A DNA stretch of 64,000 nucleotides from Dimorphilus gyrociliatus (Eukaryota > Animalia > Annelida), in the NCBI GenBank assembly GCA_904063045.1, contig CAJFCJ010000002.1, positions 1,696,422 to 1,760,421 on the forward strand. Reading direction: 5' to 3'. The notes below the pieces were generated by a model. It was not told the DNA's origin. It saw only the letters and a list, made by a program, of their open reading frames with translations, and made no database searches. Positions within the stretch are counted from its first letter, which is position 1. Each line of letters starts with the position of its first letter. The translations under genes were made by a program, and so were the position numbers. Below are positions 39,023-51,102 of the stretch, one piece after another.

Positions 39023-40399
39023 CTAATTTGGCCATGTTCTCCAAACGTCTTCTAAATCAATACAAATCCATGCTGTCCTTTTTGGTTCTTTTCCTTTTTT
39101 CTTTTTAGGTTTAGGTACAAATTGGTCATCATCACTAACGTCAATTTCTTCTTCGTCCGACTCCATGTCCAAGACATCATCGTGTTTTATTCTTTTATGG
39201 TTTAATAAAGCTCCACTTGTTGTGGCTTTATAAGTACATTTATCACATAGAAGTTCCCTGTCATCTTCGCTTTCTCGTAAATTTCGTTTATTTTCGTTTT
39301 GAGGATTTGATGAAGCTAACAGTGAATCTGTATGCGTTTCTTCATGCTTTGCTAGGTAGATTTTCTTATATTTCTGTTTCTCTGATTTTGTATCATCTAT
39401 AGGCTTTACTTCTGATGAATTAGATATTTCTTCACAGTCTTTCGTTTGCATAGATTTTAACTCTTCGCTTTCGGTTTGTTCTTTAAGTACGTTAAAATCT
39501 TCCCTTGACATTTCTTGTATTCCTCCTTCTTGACGATATTCATAAACTTTAGAATTTTTATCAAATAGACCACTTTCAGGTGATTTATCAGCAGGAACAT
39601 CAGTTTCATATGGAAAAATTTTAGTCTGAACCGAAGATGCTAATTTGGAATCTTTATGCATAACTTTTGCATGTTCAATTAATTCTGTTTCGAGATTCGA
39701 TGAGAAGGAGCATAAGACACAAAAGTGTTGTAACACATTTTCATGGTGTTGAACATGATCAGATAACTCTTGAGAATGTGAGAAAAGGAAATTACAATGA
39801 GGACATTTTAGTGAATGGTTTTCAGTAATATGTTCTTGATACTGCTGAGAGTCACTAGTTTCGTAATTGCATTGAATACAGCTGTATTTTCTTTTATCTC
39901 TGTGAGTTTGAATATGATTTTTGTAAACAGATATTTGCTTTGTCATGAATCCACAAGTAGCGCATTTAAAGCAAGCATTTTCATGTTCCATTTTTTCATG
40001 TAATTCGAGAGCTTTTTGACTTAATGCTTTATGACCACATTGTTTGCAAACATTTCCAATACCTCCCGTACCTGCAGTTGCTTTGTTTTTGTTATGTGCA
40101 TTCTTTTTGTGACTTGTTAAAGTTTTTCTAAAAGATGTTACATAGTTGCATTCATCACATTTATAAGGCTTAATTCCTAAATGATTATTCTCATGCTGAA
40201 CCAGGTAAGATCTTGAGGATTGGGGCTTATTACAAAATTTACAAATAAATTTTGCCTCTACTGATCCATCTCCATTTTTTAGGTTAGCCAACATACCAGG
40301 ACTGACTATTTCCAAGGTTATAGCTGGTGGAACGGTCTCACTAGTAATCGCGCCAGCTTCAATTTTTACCTCCTGTTCGTTATTTTGAATAAACTCCAT
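39023..40399 (-). CDS. C2H2 zinc-finger protein with 8 fingers, single coding exon
   Basis: Eight CxxC...HxxxH/HxxxxH units, an HLGIKPYKC linker, and an acidic/basic C-terminus. Confidence 0.92.
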   Translation of the reverse strand: MEFIQNNEQEVKIEAGAITSETVPPAITLEIVSPGMLANLKNGDGSVEAKFICKFCNKPQSSRSYLVQHENNHLGIKPYKCDECNYVTSFRKTLTSHKKNAHNKNKATAGTGGIGNVCKQCGHKALSQKALELHEKMEHENACFKCATCGFMTKQISVYKNHIQTHRDKRKYSCIQCNYETSDSQQYQEHITENHSLKCPHCNFLFSHSQELSDHVQHHENVLQHFCVLCSFSSNLETELIEHAKVMHKDSKLASSVQTKIFPYETDVPADKSPESGLFDKNSKVYEYRQEGGIQEMSREDFNVLKEQTESEELKSMQTKDCEEISNSSEVKPIDDTKSEKQKYKKIYLAKHEETHTDSLLASSNPQNENKRNLRESEDDRELLCDKCTYKATTSGALLNHKRIKHDDVLDMESDEEEIDVSDDDQFVPKPKKKKGKEPKRTAWICIDLEDVWRTWPN

Positions 40400-40562
40400 T
40401 CTCCGTCAACTATCAAAAAATCTTCTTTCTTAGGGTGACACAATTTTTCCTTAACCTTAAATTTTTCAATAGTGATTTCACAGATCTGTAAGGAGGCTGG
40501 TGAGCAAAATTTATCAATAAATAACATTGAGAGATTTGTACGAAACAGTAAAATTTAGCACA

Positions 40563-40572
40563 GCGCATGCGC
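40563..40572. promoter_or_regulatory. NRF1-type palindrome GCGCATGCGC in the ZnF/EIF2B1 divergent promoter
   Basis: Perfect GC-rich palindrome in AT-rich DNA between two divergent genes. Confidence 0.55.
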
Positions 40573-40996
40573 AAAGCGGGGATTACAAGAACTACTAATT
40601 GCTGCGCGGCACTAAAATAACTGCTGAGATATTATTGGTTATGTAAAATCAAGTACTACAGATATTCGTAGAAAAACTTTTGCATTTTTTTTACTATAGA
40701 TAGAATTTTTAGAGCAAAAACATACTTCAAAGTATGGCACAGTTTAACTGCGCAGTTATCACGATAAATGACCTAGGATCAGACATGAGTCAATATGAAA
40801 TCTAAACCAGAAAAATTATGAAACTTAGTTCATTAAAAAATTCACAAACTCTTAAAAAAAATTTTGGTTGTTAATTCTAATAAAAATTGCTCTTTTAAAA
40901 AAAAAAGCAAAGTTTATTTAATGCACAAGATGTCGCTGCAGTTGACTTTCCAGTACTCTATTATCGTCACAACAACTGACGAAACATACGGCAATT

Positions 40997-41899
40997 ATGG
41001 ATAGAGCAACAATTAGCAAATTATATAGGAATGAATTGGCTACTGATTCTTCATTATCAGAAGCACTTGCCTCTATAAGTGTTCTCATTAAGATTATCAA
41101 TCAGAGCAAGGCCGGTACATTGGTAGAACTTCGAAATGATCTGACCGAAGCTATAGATGAGATCAAAAACACAGATACAATGGTTACGTCGATAAGTTCA
41201 GCAAGTGAACTTTTTTTAAGATTTATTACACTAACAACTTTTGAAAATCCTTTCGAAGAGTGTAAAAAGACGTTAATCGAACGAGGAAAAATGTTTTTGG
41301 AAGAAGCAAAAAAGTCCAGAGAAAAAATAGCAATATTAGGAGAACCATTTATTACGGATGGAATTAAAATTCTCATTCATGGGAAATCAAGAGTTGTCTT
41401 AGAAGTGTTAAAGAGAGCTGCAACTGAATCAAGAAAGCATTTTACTGTATATGTTACTCAGTCTCTCCCGGATAAAGCTGGACATGATATGAGAGATGAA
41501 TTACAGAAAGTAAATATTCAGTCCGTTGTTGTTCTAGACGCTGCTGTTGCCTGCATTATGGAAAAAGTCGATTTAGTTTTAGTGGGGGCTGAAGGGGTGG
41601 TAGAAAGTGGCGGAATTTTAAATAAAATTGGAACATATAGTATGGGAATTGCAGCTAAAGAAATGAATAAACCACTTTATGTCGTTGCCGAGAGCTTCAA
41701 GTTCGCTCGTATTTTTCCTCTCAATCAAGATGATATACCACATCAGTTTCGATTTCGTAACAGTAAAGACGTTGATGACTGTTATTATAACCCAATCGTG
41801 GATTATACTCCACCGAACTTAATTACACTATTATTTACAGATTTAGGAGTGTTGACACCCTCTGCTGTATCTGATGAATTAATTAAATTATACCTTTAA
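40997..41899 (+). CDS. EIF2B1: Translation initiation factor eIF2B subunit alpha, intronless
   Basis: SISSASELFLRFITL, VYVTQSLPD, DAAVACIMEKVDLVLVGAEGVVESGGILNKIGTY, VAESFKFARIFPLNQDD, DYTPP...LFTDLGVLTPSAVSDELIKLYL. Confidence 0.97.
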   Translation: MDRATISKLYRNELATDSSLSEALASISVLIKIINQSKAGTLVELRNDLTEAIDEIKNTDTMVTSISSASELFLRFITLTTFENPFEECKKTLIERGKMFLEEAKKSREKIAILGEPFITDGIKILIHGKSRVVLEVLKRAATESRKHFTVYVTQSLPDKAGHDMRDELQKVNIQSVVVLDAAVACIMEKVDLVLVGAEGVVESGGILNKIGTYSMGIAAKEMNKPLYVVAESFKFARIFPLNQDDIPHQFRFRNSKDVDDCYYNPIVDYTPPNLITLLFTDLGVLTPSAVSDELIKLYL

Positions 41900-43556
41900 A
41901 GCCATTCTTTATTGATAACTTTCTGCGGAATGTACTTATCAACTAAAAATGAATGGTCAATACAATCGAAACACTCCATTTCGGCTTTCGTTTCATTGAA
42001 AATTTGTTGTTTAATCTGAAAATTTATATTTTACTTGAATCTTCGACTTATCTTAAGCATTAATATTACCTGCGTAAGCCATGCATCTTCCTTATACTTT
42101 TCACAGACGTCTTTGAAAGTCCTATATGCTTTTTTATCATCGTTCGTTAAAGTTTGCAAATATTGCGGCTTGATCTTATATTTTATAAGATCAGTTGGGT
42201 GAACACCTAACCATTTTATCTGCGGAACTGTCAAGTTTTGATACTTTGACGATTGATTCTTAGTTCCGTACTTGTAAACGCTCATAATAACAGCTCCTTT
42301 AAAACAAACTTAATAAAAATTACTTCATAGCAAGGGAAAATATTAACCATGAGGGTTACAGTCCGTTATGACAAACATGGGCTTTTGAATTTCCCTCCAG
42401 AGTAAATTCAAAAAAATTCTAGTTGCAAAATCTGGATATCCGCAACCAGTAACTAAAATCATAGGGCCCAACTTTTCTAAAATATTATCTCTCAGTAATC
42501 TCTTGAACATCGCATCTTTTTCGACAATTAGAACAAATTTGGCGTTGCTTTTCCATTCTTTTATGAAAAATGCATGTTATTTTCAAGATGTAATAATACA
42601 TTAACACATAACCTACCTGTGGCATTAAAAGTTAAAGGGGAAATGTGGTATCCCTAAAGCCAAGATGAATAAAAAGATTATGGTAATTGATTTCGGAGTG
42701 GTTTTATACTTACATCGACAATAGCGTTAGAAAAGTCTACTACTTCGCCATTAAGCTTAAAACTTAAACTCCCAGCAGCATATCCTTTCGCGCCGGCCAG
42801 CTGAAAGTTGCTTTTTAAATCAATTATATAACCTACTGTTTTAAGGAACTTACGAAATGCATTCTCCAAACTGGTATATTCAAAATTTCAGATACTGTGT
42901 CCAAAACTTTATAACAAACTCCAGCAGATCCAAAAAGTTTTACTTCAGAATAATAAAAATCTCTGAGATTTACGAAATTTATTAAATTTTCTTCATAAAA
43001 GCAAGAAATTACCTCTTGGTAACATAACCATTCTTATATAGAAGCTTACTGGCTTTACTTAAAACTGCTACAAAACGTGCTGGAAGGTATATTTAATACT
43101 AAAGAAGTAAGTTAATAAAATTAATTTCTTACCAAATTCTACTAAAGTTAATTTCTTGGCTGACCATACTGTACCCCTTCTATCTTCCTCAACATATAAT
43201 CCCTTAAGTTTGGTAAATCGTACTTTGTTCCACGAAGCAGAGTACACAAAAGGAATTTGAGGATACCCATTTGGAGTGTTTGTTCCGATAAAATTAGTAC
43301 ATAAATACGCCAAAAATCCGTCAACTAAATCTTTCGTCTCATCTCTGCTTCGAATGCTTTATAATAGTAATTCTGATTATACAGAAGCTCACCTCAATTT
43401 CGAATTATCGGTCATTTGTTCAGGCTTAATCGTTGGAATATGATTATTTACACTATCAACTAAGGAATTCAAGGCATTTTCCCTTATTAAAGTTTTTTCA
43501 AGACTTGCTATGCTACTTCGAATTGCGGCACAAAGATTTAAATCAAGCGCCGACAT
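41896..43556 (-). CDS. SPO11: Meiotic recombination protein SPO11, multi-exon
   Basis: Catalytic TKRDFYY, AKGYAAG, TOPRIM VLIVEKDAMF, GCGYPDFATR, DCNPHG, YKYG, WLGVHPTD, KAEME. ATG 43556; stop TAA at 41898-41896. Confidence 0.93.
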
Positions 43557-43786
43557 TGTTGTTTTCTAGTGGAATTCTGTCAAAAAGTGGTATTATTATA
43601 GCCAATTAGACATGTTTAAATTTCCCATATAAAAATCCATAATTATCCTTATAAACTATATCGTTTCTCTATATATCGTTAGTATTATTTTATTTAGAAT
43701 GTGTAATACTTACTAGAATCAACACCACGCGTTCGAAAAAATATTCGAATAAATCCTATATAGGCTTTTTAAATTCGAACAGAAAT

Positions 43787-43819
43787 CACGTGCACGCTGT
43801 CCACAGATGGGCATGCGCA
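43787..43819. promoter_or_regulatory. E-box CACGTG and NRF1-like GCATGCGCA in the SPO11/SNRPD1 divergent promoter
   Basis: CACGTG at 43787-43792 and GCATGCGCA at 43811-43819 within a 363-bp gap between divergent start codons. Confidence 0.45.
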
Positions 43820-43919
43820 ATACGACAGGAAATGCGATAAATCGTCGATATCGATATTTAGGTAATATCGTCTGGCGAAGCAATTTATTCTTTAAACGTT
43901 ATATTTGGTGACAGAAAAG

Positions 43920-44591
43920 ATGAAACTAGTGCGGTATGTTGGTTTTAATACTTTTTTTAAAAGAATGTTGTTTAAGTTTTACCCTTCCTAAACGTAATTG
44001 TTTAGAAAGTCCTTGTAGCGATCGTCGGTATCTTTATTTACTGAGCGATATTAAGAAAGCTTTCTAACCGCTTTTCAGATTTCTTATGAAATTAAGTCAT
44101 GAAACTGTGACTATTGAGCTAAAAAATGGTACACAAGTTCATGGAACCGTTACAGGTGAGTAATAAAGAGTTTGCGAAGGCATTTTAACATTGTTTTTAT
44201 ACAGGTGTGGATGTTAGCATGAACACTCACTTAAAGCAGGTTAAAATGACTGTTAAAAATAGAGATGCTGTACAATTAGATCAATTGAGCATTCGTGGAA
44301 ATAACATTCGATATTTTATATTACCTGATTCCCTACCTCTGGACTCTTTGCTTATCGATGATACACCTAAAGCTAAGAGCAAGAAACGACAAGATGCTAG
44401 AGGTATATAAATTAATACCATTTTTGTGAATCATAAAGTTTCATTGTTCTTAATACACAGGAATAGCAAATCGCGGTAGGGGACGTGGAAGGGGAAGAGG
44501 CATACGGGGTCGAGGTAGAGGAGGACCTCCAAGAGGAGGCGGAGGTGGTGGTGGCGGCGGCGGCGGCGGTGGCGGTGGCGGTAGACGATAA
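43920..44591 (+). CDS. SNRPD1: Small nuclear ribonucleoprotein Sm D1, 4 exons
   Basis: [41 protein letters not shown]...[22 protein letters not shown]-rich tail. Confidence 0.97.
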
Positions 44592-44792
44592 AGGAAGAAC
44601 GCCTATCATCACTTTGTTTATTGTAGTTTTTTTTTCGAATAAACCTTCAGTTGTACTTTTGTAAGTTATCTAAACTCTCATAAAAGTAATTAACCATTTA
44701 CAAATAAGTTTGTATCTCATTGAGACGCAAGTAAAGATTTAACAAGGGGTCAATGCTTGCTTTTTTTATGTTTTGTTTTTAAGTAAATTAAA

Positions 44793-45405
44793 CTACAAGT
44801 AGGTCTGCTGACGAGTTGTGCAGCGAGTGTCTATGAACAACACGAGAATCCTGTATTTAAAATAAATAATTGTAATAAAATTATTATCCAATATTGAAAC
44901 TTTACCTATCAATGGGTACTCTTAATTCGGATGTAATAAATTGTGCAAATCTTGCGGCGGTTTCCCTTTTCGTATCTTCAGTGATATGATCATCATTGTG
45001 ATGAAACATAACGTTCACCATAGGCGATGCAGAACCAGCTCTCATCATTAAACAATTAGGATGAACTTCTATCATTGTAAACTAAAATTAAATCAGCTTT
45101 AGCAATTCATCAAATAAATTTTTCGGATGGTTAAATTTAATGAGTGGAAGATCAAAGATAGTCTTCAAATCCACTCGAAAGAAACATTAAATCTTTATGC
45201 ACTTGCATTTCGATTTTACGTATTTCCCTATATAGTTACAGTCTATTTCTTCTTTTATTTCCTATAAATCTTAGAACTAATTTATTATAAAACTTACTTT
45301 TTGTTCACAACCAAGTACTCTGACGATAAAATTGAGAAATTTTTCCATAAAATCCTTCGGTATTGCGCCTTGTGATACATTTGTATTTACAACAGCTAAA
45401 GGCAT
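44793..45405 (-). CDS. MIF/D-dopachrome tautomerase family protein (113 aa, 3 exons), not in the ORF track
   Basis: MPLAVVNTNVSQGAIPKDF...|FTMIEVHPNCLMMRAGSASP...LRVPIDR|ILVLFIDT...; Pro1, NTNV, LM..GS..P and LR...DR align with MIF; GT-AG introns in phase. Confidence 0.85.
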
Positions 45406-46174
45406 TATCTCGTATTTTGTATCACCAATAACAAAACTTCGAACTTACACTGTGCCTTCAAGATTGTCAAAATGGAAATCAAGATTTTAAATTTCTATAG
45501 GATAGGATTAAATGAAAAATATATTTTCTTTATCTTATTTCAACAAGTTAGAATAACTTCATTGTCAATCATTGACTGTATTAGGTTTTTATTTAGTCAA
45601 TAAGAATATTTTTCCTATATATCTTAGCGTATGTCTTTAGATATTCGTCTATATTAAAATATCCACACTATATATATGCAGTATAATTTCTATATATATA
45701 TATATATATATAAGTTTATAACAGTTTATCACTCCAAGGTTAATTGTCAATTGGTTTCTCCTTCTTTGGTTTAAATTATTTAAAATGAGTGTGATGTCAC
45801 AGTTCTACTAATTAATTAAACGTTATTAAGTCTTTCTTAATAAATTCTGGATAATTGAGTGGTCTTTTTTTAACTTTCCAGTCTCGAGAGAAATATACTA
45901 TGGGAAAAACTGTGAGGGTAGAATGATCGATAGACCCTTTTGAAGAATATAATTGTAATAATAATATATAGAACGGATAGTTGATCATTTCTAGAATTTA
46001 AAAACTGAAACTATTTGTGTTTTCGTACTTTTGTACGAAATAAATGTATGAATCGAAAAAGATTAAATGACACTGGTATAGAATTAACTAATGGAGAACA
46101 GTCCTCACATCCACGCTTTACCAAATTAGTTTAGATTTTACAAATTAATCGTTTTTATTGAAATTTTATTAGAT

Positions 46175-47772
46175 ATGGCAGGTACAACGGAAAGTACTCT
46201 TCTACGAACAGAAAACGATGCAAAAAGGAAGAATATACATTATAAAATAAAATCAGCTGTTTGTAAAAAGTATTATCAGTGATGAAATTCGAATATTACG
46301 TAGTAATAAATGTTCTATTTGACAGAGAGCTATGGATAGCAGTGCTGATCGGACAATCATTATCATTTTGTAATGGATCCAGTGGCATATTTAGTGGTTT
46401 ACTACAACAACAGAATGTAAATATTCCAACAGGTAAAATATTTATCATTCAATATTTTCTTAAAGTTTAACAGTAGAATGATTAAACAAAATACAAAATA
46501 ATATCTATATAAATAATTATAGATTAGTACAAAATACCAGTATCTTATCATTAATCTCTTTCTTTTAATGCAGCTCAGACATTTGCAGTATACGTTGCAC
46601 TAGCTTTAATCTATACAACATATTTATCATTTGTATCGGAGACTAGCATATTTACTATTTTAAGATTGAGAGGATGGAAATATTTTATTATAGCTCTATT
46701 GGATGTTGAAGCTAATTATTTAATGGTAAAAGCGTATCATTATACCACCGTCACTAGTGTCCAGGTTAGATATATTGTATATTCATTGACATAGTTTTCA
46801 TAACAAACAGTTATAATATATAGGTTCTGGACTGTTTTACTATACCAACAGTCTTAATATTGACAAGAATTATTTTTAAAATTCGCTATCGTATGTCTCA
46901 TTTTATTGGCGTTGTAATATGTTTACTTGGGTTGGCAGCATTAATTGGAGCCGATATTTTGGTTTCTAGACATTCTGCAGGTAAGATTCCAAATAAATAA
47001 AAACACCAGCAGAGACCTTGAAGTATTTTGCAGAGGCCTTGAACAAATTCCTTGGAGATTTATTCGTCTTACTTGGAGCCGTTTTATACGGTTTTTCGAA
47101 TGTTGCCCAAGAGTATTTCGTGAGAAATTTTAGTTTTGTTGAATTTTTAGGGATGCTTGGGTTTTTTGCCAGCATTATTAATGGAATACAATTGTTAATA
47201 TTCTCAAATTTTCATCATTAAACTTTTTTAAAATAACTTGATTTTTCTTAGTGTAATTTTAGAAAGACGAGAAGTGTCTACCGTTGATTTCACCAACTAT
47301 AAAGTCTGTACGTACAAATAGCTATACGTTTTTTTTCTTATCCATTCACATTTAATTGCTTTCTATCTTTTATAATTTAGATTTGCCATTGTGCGGATTT
47401 ATAATAGTTATGGTTATTTTATATTCAATTATGCCGAAAACTTTAAAAAAGATTGGAGCGACTGCAGTAAACTTGAATTTACTATCAGCCGATTTTTATG
47501 CCCTTTTAGCAGGGCTAATAATCTTCAAATATAAAGTTTGTTAAAATTTGTAACATTTTTAATAACTAAACTGTATTATTTTTTATTGTTTGTAGTTCCA
47601 CTTTTTGTATTTTATCGCATTTGCCGCGGTAATAATAGGAGTGATTGTTTATAGCATCAAACCTGTGAACGATGCTGACGAGAATACAGATAACTCAAAT
47701 ATTAAAATGAATGAAGAGTCAAAAGGACCATTACACGCTGAAGCAGATGAACCTTGGTCTAATTTGGAATAA
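46175..47772 (+). CDS. SLC35F2: Solute carrier family 35 member F1/F2-like, multi-exon
   Basis: [90 protein letters not shown]. Confidence 0.9.
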
Positions 47773-48254
47773 ACGTGTTCATATTTCATATCTTGTTTTA
47801 GTTTTATTTAAAAACAACAAGTTGATTAACGAAACAGTTTCTACTAGTAGTCAATTAATTGAAAAAGAATGAAGTTCAAATTAAGAAAGCAAATAGAAAA
47901 CAAAGAAAAAACAAAATAACAAATTGCAGGTTGTATTGAGAAATATAGTTTTCTTCTTCGCAGTTATTATTGTTATTTTATGATGATAACTTTTAGACAT
48001 TATTATTCTTCGTGAGAAACAGTGGACATGATTAATGTCTTACTGCCTGTAGAGGTATTAAAAAATATTGAAATTTATTACAAAAAGAGCTACTTGAATT
48101 AGATTGTCATAAGTTAATTTTGGACCACAGAATCCGAAATTTATTCTTTTTAAGTGACAACTAATCTTTTTAGGTCAGAAATCTTTTATTATTTATTCTT
48201 TCTTTAGACGAATCAGATAAAATTTCAGCTAAACTAAGCTTTATCCTCTTTAGG

Positions 48255-49417
48255 TTAAACAGGTAAAGCCGATAACCCTAAAAGTTGTCTCAACCTTTCA
48301 TCTTTATCAATAGGCCACCAAAAAGGGATATTTGTCTTGACTCTTGAAAGAGTTTCACCTTCCACATTCTCTTTTGCGTAAAGTTCTTTTGCATTAACTG
48401 ACTCCCTAACTCTCATTAAGCCTATAGCTCTCCTACCAATATGATCTCGAATAACTCCAACGGACTTTCCTTCCTCTGTACAGATGATAGCACTGTGAGC
48501 ATTAATCGGTTCGCTGAGTTCCAAAGGCATAATTCTTTTTCTAGTTGCGCCGGTGTGATGAGTCCTTGCAGTCAATTCTTGTCCAACATAGCATCCTTTA
48601 TCGAAAGCTACAGCGTGTAAGAAAACACCATTTGATTCTGAGTACGATTTTCACCATTGTGTTTTTTATTCTCAGATGTCTGAGAATGATTATTCGAAAG
48701 AAAAGAATAATGTTTTGTTACTTCTTTTTTTTTTACTTAAGTTAATAAAAAAATATGACTGGTGTATAAATTCAATTTACATAAGCTTTAAGAATAATTT
48801 AATGGTGGAAATCGACCTAATGGAAAACATTTAGCAATTGGATGATCTTTTATTCCCTCTCCTATTCCTAATTCAAATCTTTTCTTTTTATAGTTTTCTT
48901 CATTTTCTAAATGATCCTGAAATTTATTTTTCTCAATTAAAGCCCTATAACCAAATTGCTTCACACGTGGGTCTTTATTTTGCAATAACAGTCCAGGACA
49001 ATCAGCTAATTCTTCTTCACAATGAATAAGAGTTAAATCCTCTGGATCTAGGTTAACATTTCTTCGAATCTTGTATTTTTTTAATAGCATCAACAAGTCC
49101 TTTCTAATGGAATGATCACATTCTAAATAGAAAGATTGTGCAGGTTGGCTTAAATAGCTATACAAAATAACATCATATAATATTCTCCCTTGTGGATTTA
49201 ATATAAACGCAAATAGGGATTGACAGCTGTTTTCCAAGCATCTCATATCATTTGTTATAACTGATTGTAGAAAAGACGAAGAATCTTTTCCAGTTATTTT
49301 GAGAACACTCCTAGACTTTAATTCGTAACATTTCACTGACTTTTCTCGGCAGATTCCAAGAGGTAATTTAACGTAACTCCTTATAAAAGTTTTGGTTAAA
49401 TTAACTGAACGAAGCAT
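48255..49417 (-). CDS. IBA57: Mitochondrial Fe-S assembly factor IBA57 (YgfZ/CAF17), 2 exons
   Basis: [35 protein letters not shown], signature [19 protein letters not shown]. Confidence 0.93.
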
Positions 49418-49989
49418 AATCAACTGTTAATGAAATTAAATTTGTGTAAGTTTTGATAAACAATGAATCGTTTATGATATTACTAAATGATACATACACA
49501 CCGATTTCAAGATGTCTATTGCATATAAATGTCTAAAAAAATGATTTATTGCAACTAAAAGAAATTCGGACTATGAGCAAAATTATATTGTTGAAAATTG
49601 AAGATTATTTCTGAGTTTTCTCAATTCCTTTTAGCCCTCAGCAACCTTCACTTTCAAAATGTTCAGGAAACCAGTCTTTTTCACAAAGTATGGCAGCTTT
49701 TGCCTGCACAAGGCCGTTAATGAAATCCCTCAATATCGCTCCGTATTTCGGCAAAGTTCAAGGACTTATCAAGGTTAGAGTTTATTCTGGATGAACTATA
49801 TAAAATTTAAAAGGACTCAATCACTTTTTAGGATCAAAATTACTAATTGATTGACGGATTCTTTAAATTTCAACAGTATATCGTAAACTCTACCAGAGGA
49901 CTTCGGAACAGCGATGTCACCTGGGTTCAAAAACAATAAACATATTGTTTAACTCCATTATTTCATCAGTGTTTTCAACGATATTTATC

Positions 49990-51102
49990 ATGGCGGCTAG
50001 CTACGAAGTTGACAATATTCAAGTAATTGAGCTTCATATGATGAATAAGACAAAGTACTACCCTTTGACTTTAATTAGTGGTTTCACTATTAGAAGTACT
50101 CTATACCCTTTCTCTTTAATAAAAACACGCATCCAAGTCCAAAAGAAGAAAGCATTATATAATGGAACTTTTGACGCTTTTTCTAAAATAACGAGAAATG
50201 AAGGATTCCGTGGTTTATATAAAGGTTTTTGGATATCTAATATGTTAATAGTTTCACAAATGACTTATATAACAACATATGAAAATGTCAGAAGATATCT
50301 TGCTGATCATACACAGCTTACAAACAATAAAATTAGAAGCTTTATAGCTGGAGGATGTGCATCTATATCTGCTCAGACTTTTGTTGTTCCAATCGACATC
50401 ATTTCACAACATCTCATGATGTTGGGTCGAAGTAGTGGTTCAGCAGAGCCGAAAACAGCCTCTCTGGATCCCTTAAAATTAAGTTTAACTAGTGATAATC
50501 TTAAGACGAGGCTTGGTGCAACAAAAGAAATCATTCAAGCTGTTTATAGACAACATGGAGTCAGAGGTTTCTACAAGGGGTACATCTCTTCACTTTGCGT
50601 TTACGCACCCAACAGTGCCCTCTGGTGGTTCTTTTATGATATATACTGCGGTATTTAGTATTTTATACCTTAAATTAAAACCAACTGTTTTTCTACATAA
50701 TGGACTAATGTCCTATACCCACTTTACAGATTCATTGGCAAGCATTTCACCTGCATTTGTTCCTAGATTAGTCCTACAATGTATTGCAGCACCAATAGGA
50801 GGTGTGACAACAGCCCTGATAACCAATCCCATGGACATTGTTCGAGCCAGAATTCAGGTTCTTTCGAACTTATTTACAATAAGATAAGAAAAATAAAAAT
50901 TCAATTCGGACAGGTTGAACAAACACGATTTGGCGTAACTGTAACACAACTATGGGAAGAGGAGAGATGGAGAATATTTATGAAAGGACTTTCAGCGAGA
51001 TTAGTTCAATCAGTAACATTTTCGTTTTTTATCGTATTAGGATACGAGACGATCAAACGATGGAGTTTACTGGACGAATATAAAAGTTCAGTAAGATGGT
51101 AA
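49990..51102 (+). CDS. SLC25A44: Mitochondrial carrier SLC25A44-like, 3 exons
   Basis: IQVIELHMMNKTKYY, YPFSLIKTRIQVQ, VPIDIISQHLM, APNSALWWFFY, NPMDIVRARIQV, KGLSARL, LGYETIKRWSL. Confidence 0.92.

Noticed and set aside
47009-47043. 21-nt-period duplication at an SLC35F acceptor creating two possible 3' splice sites
   Set aside because: The upstream AG lacks a pyrimidine tract and would need a ~29-nt intron; the downstream AG gives a normal 53-nt intron and the expected protein.
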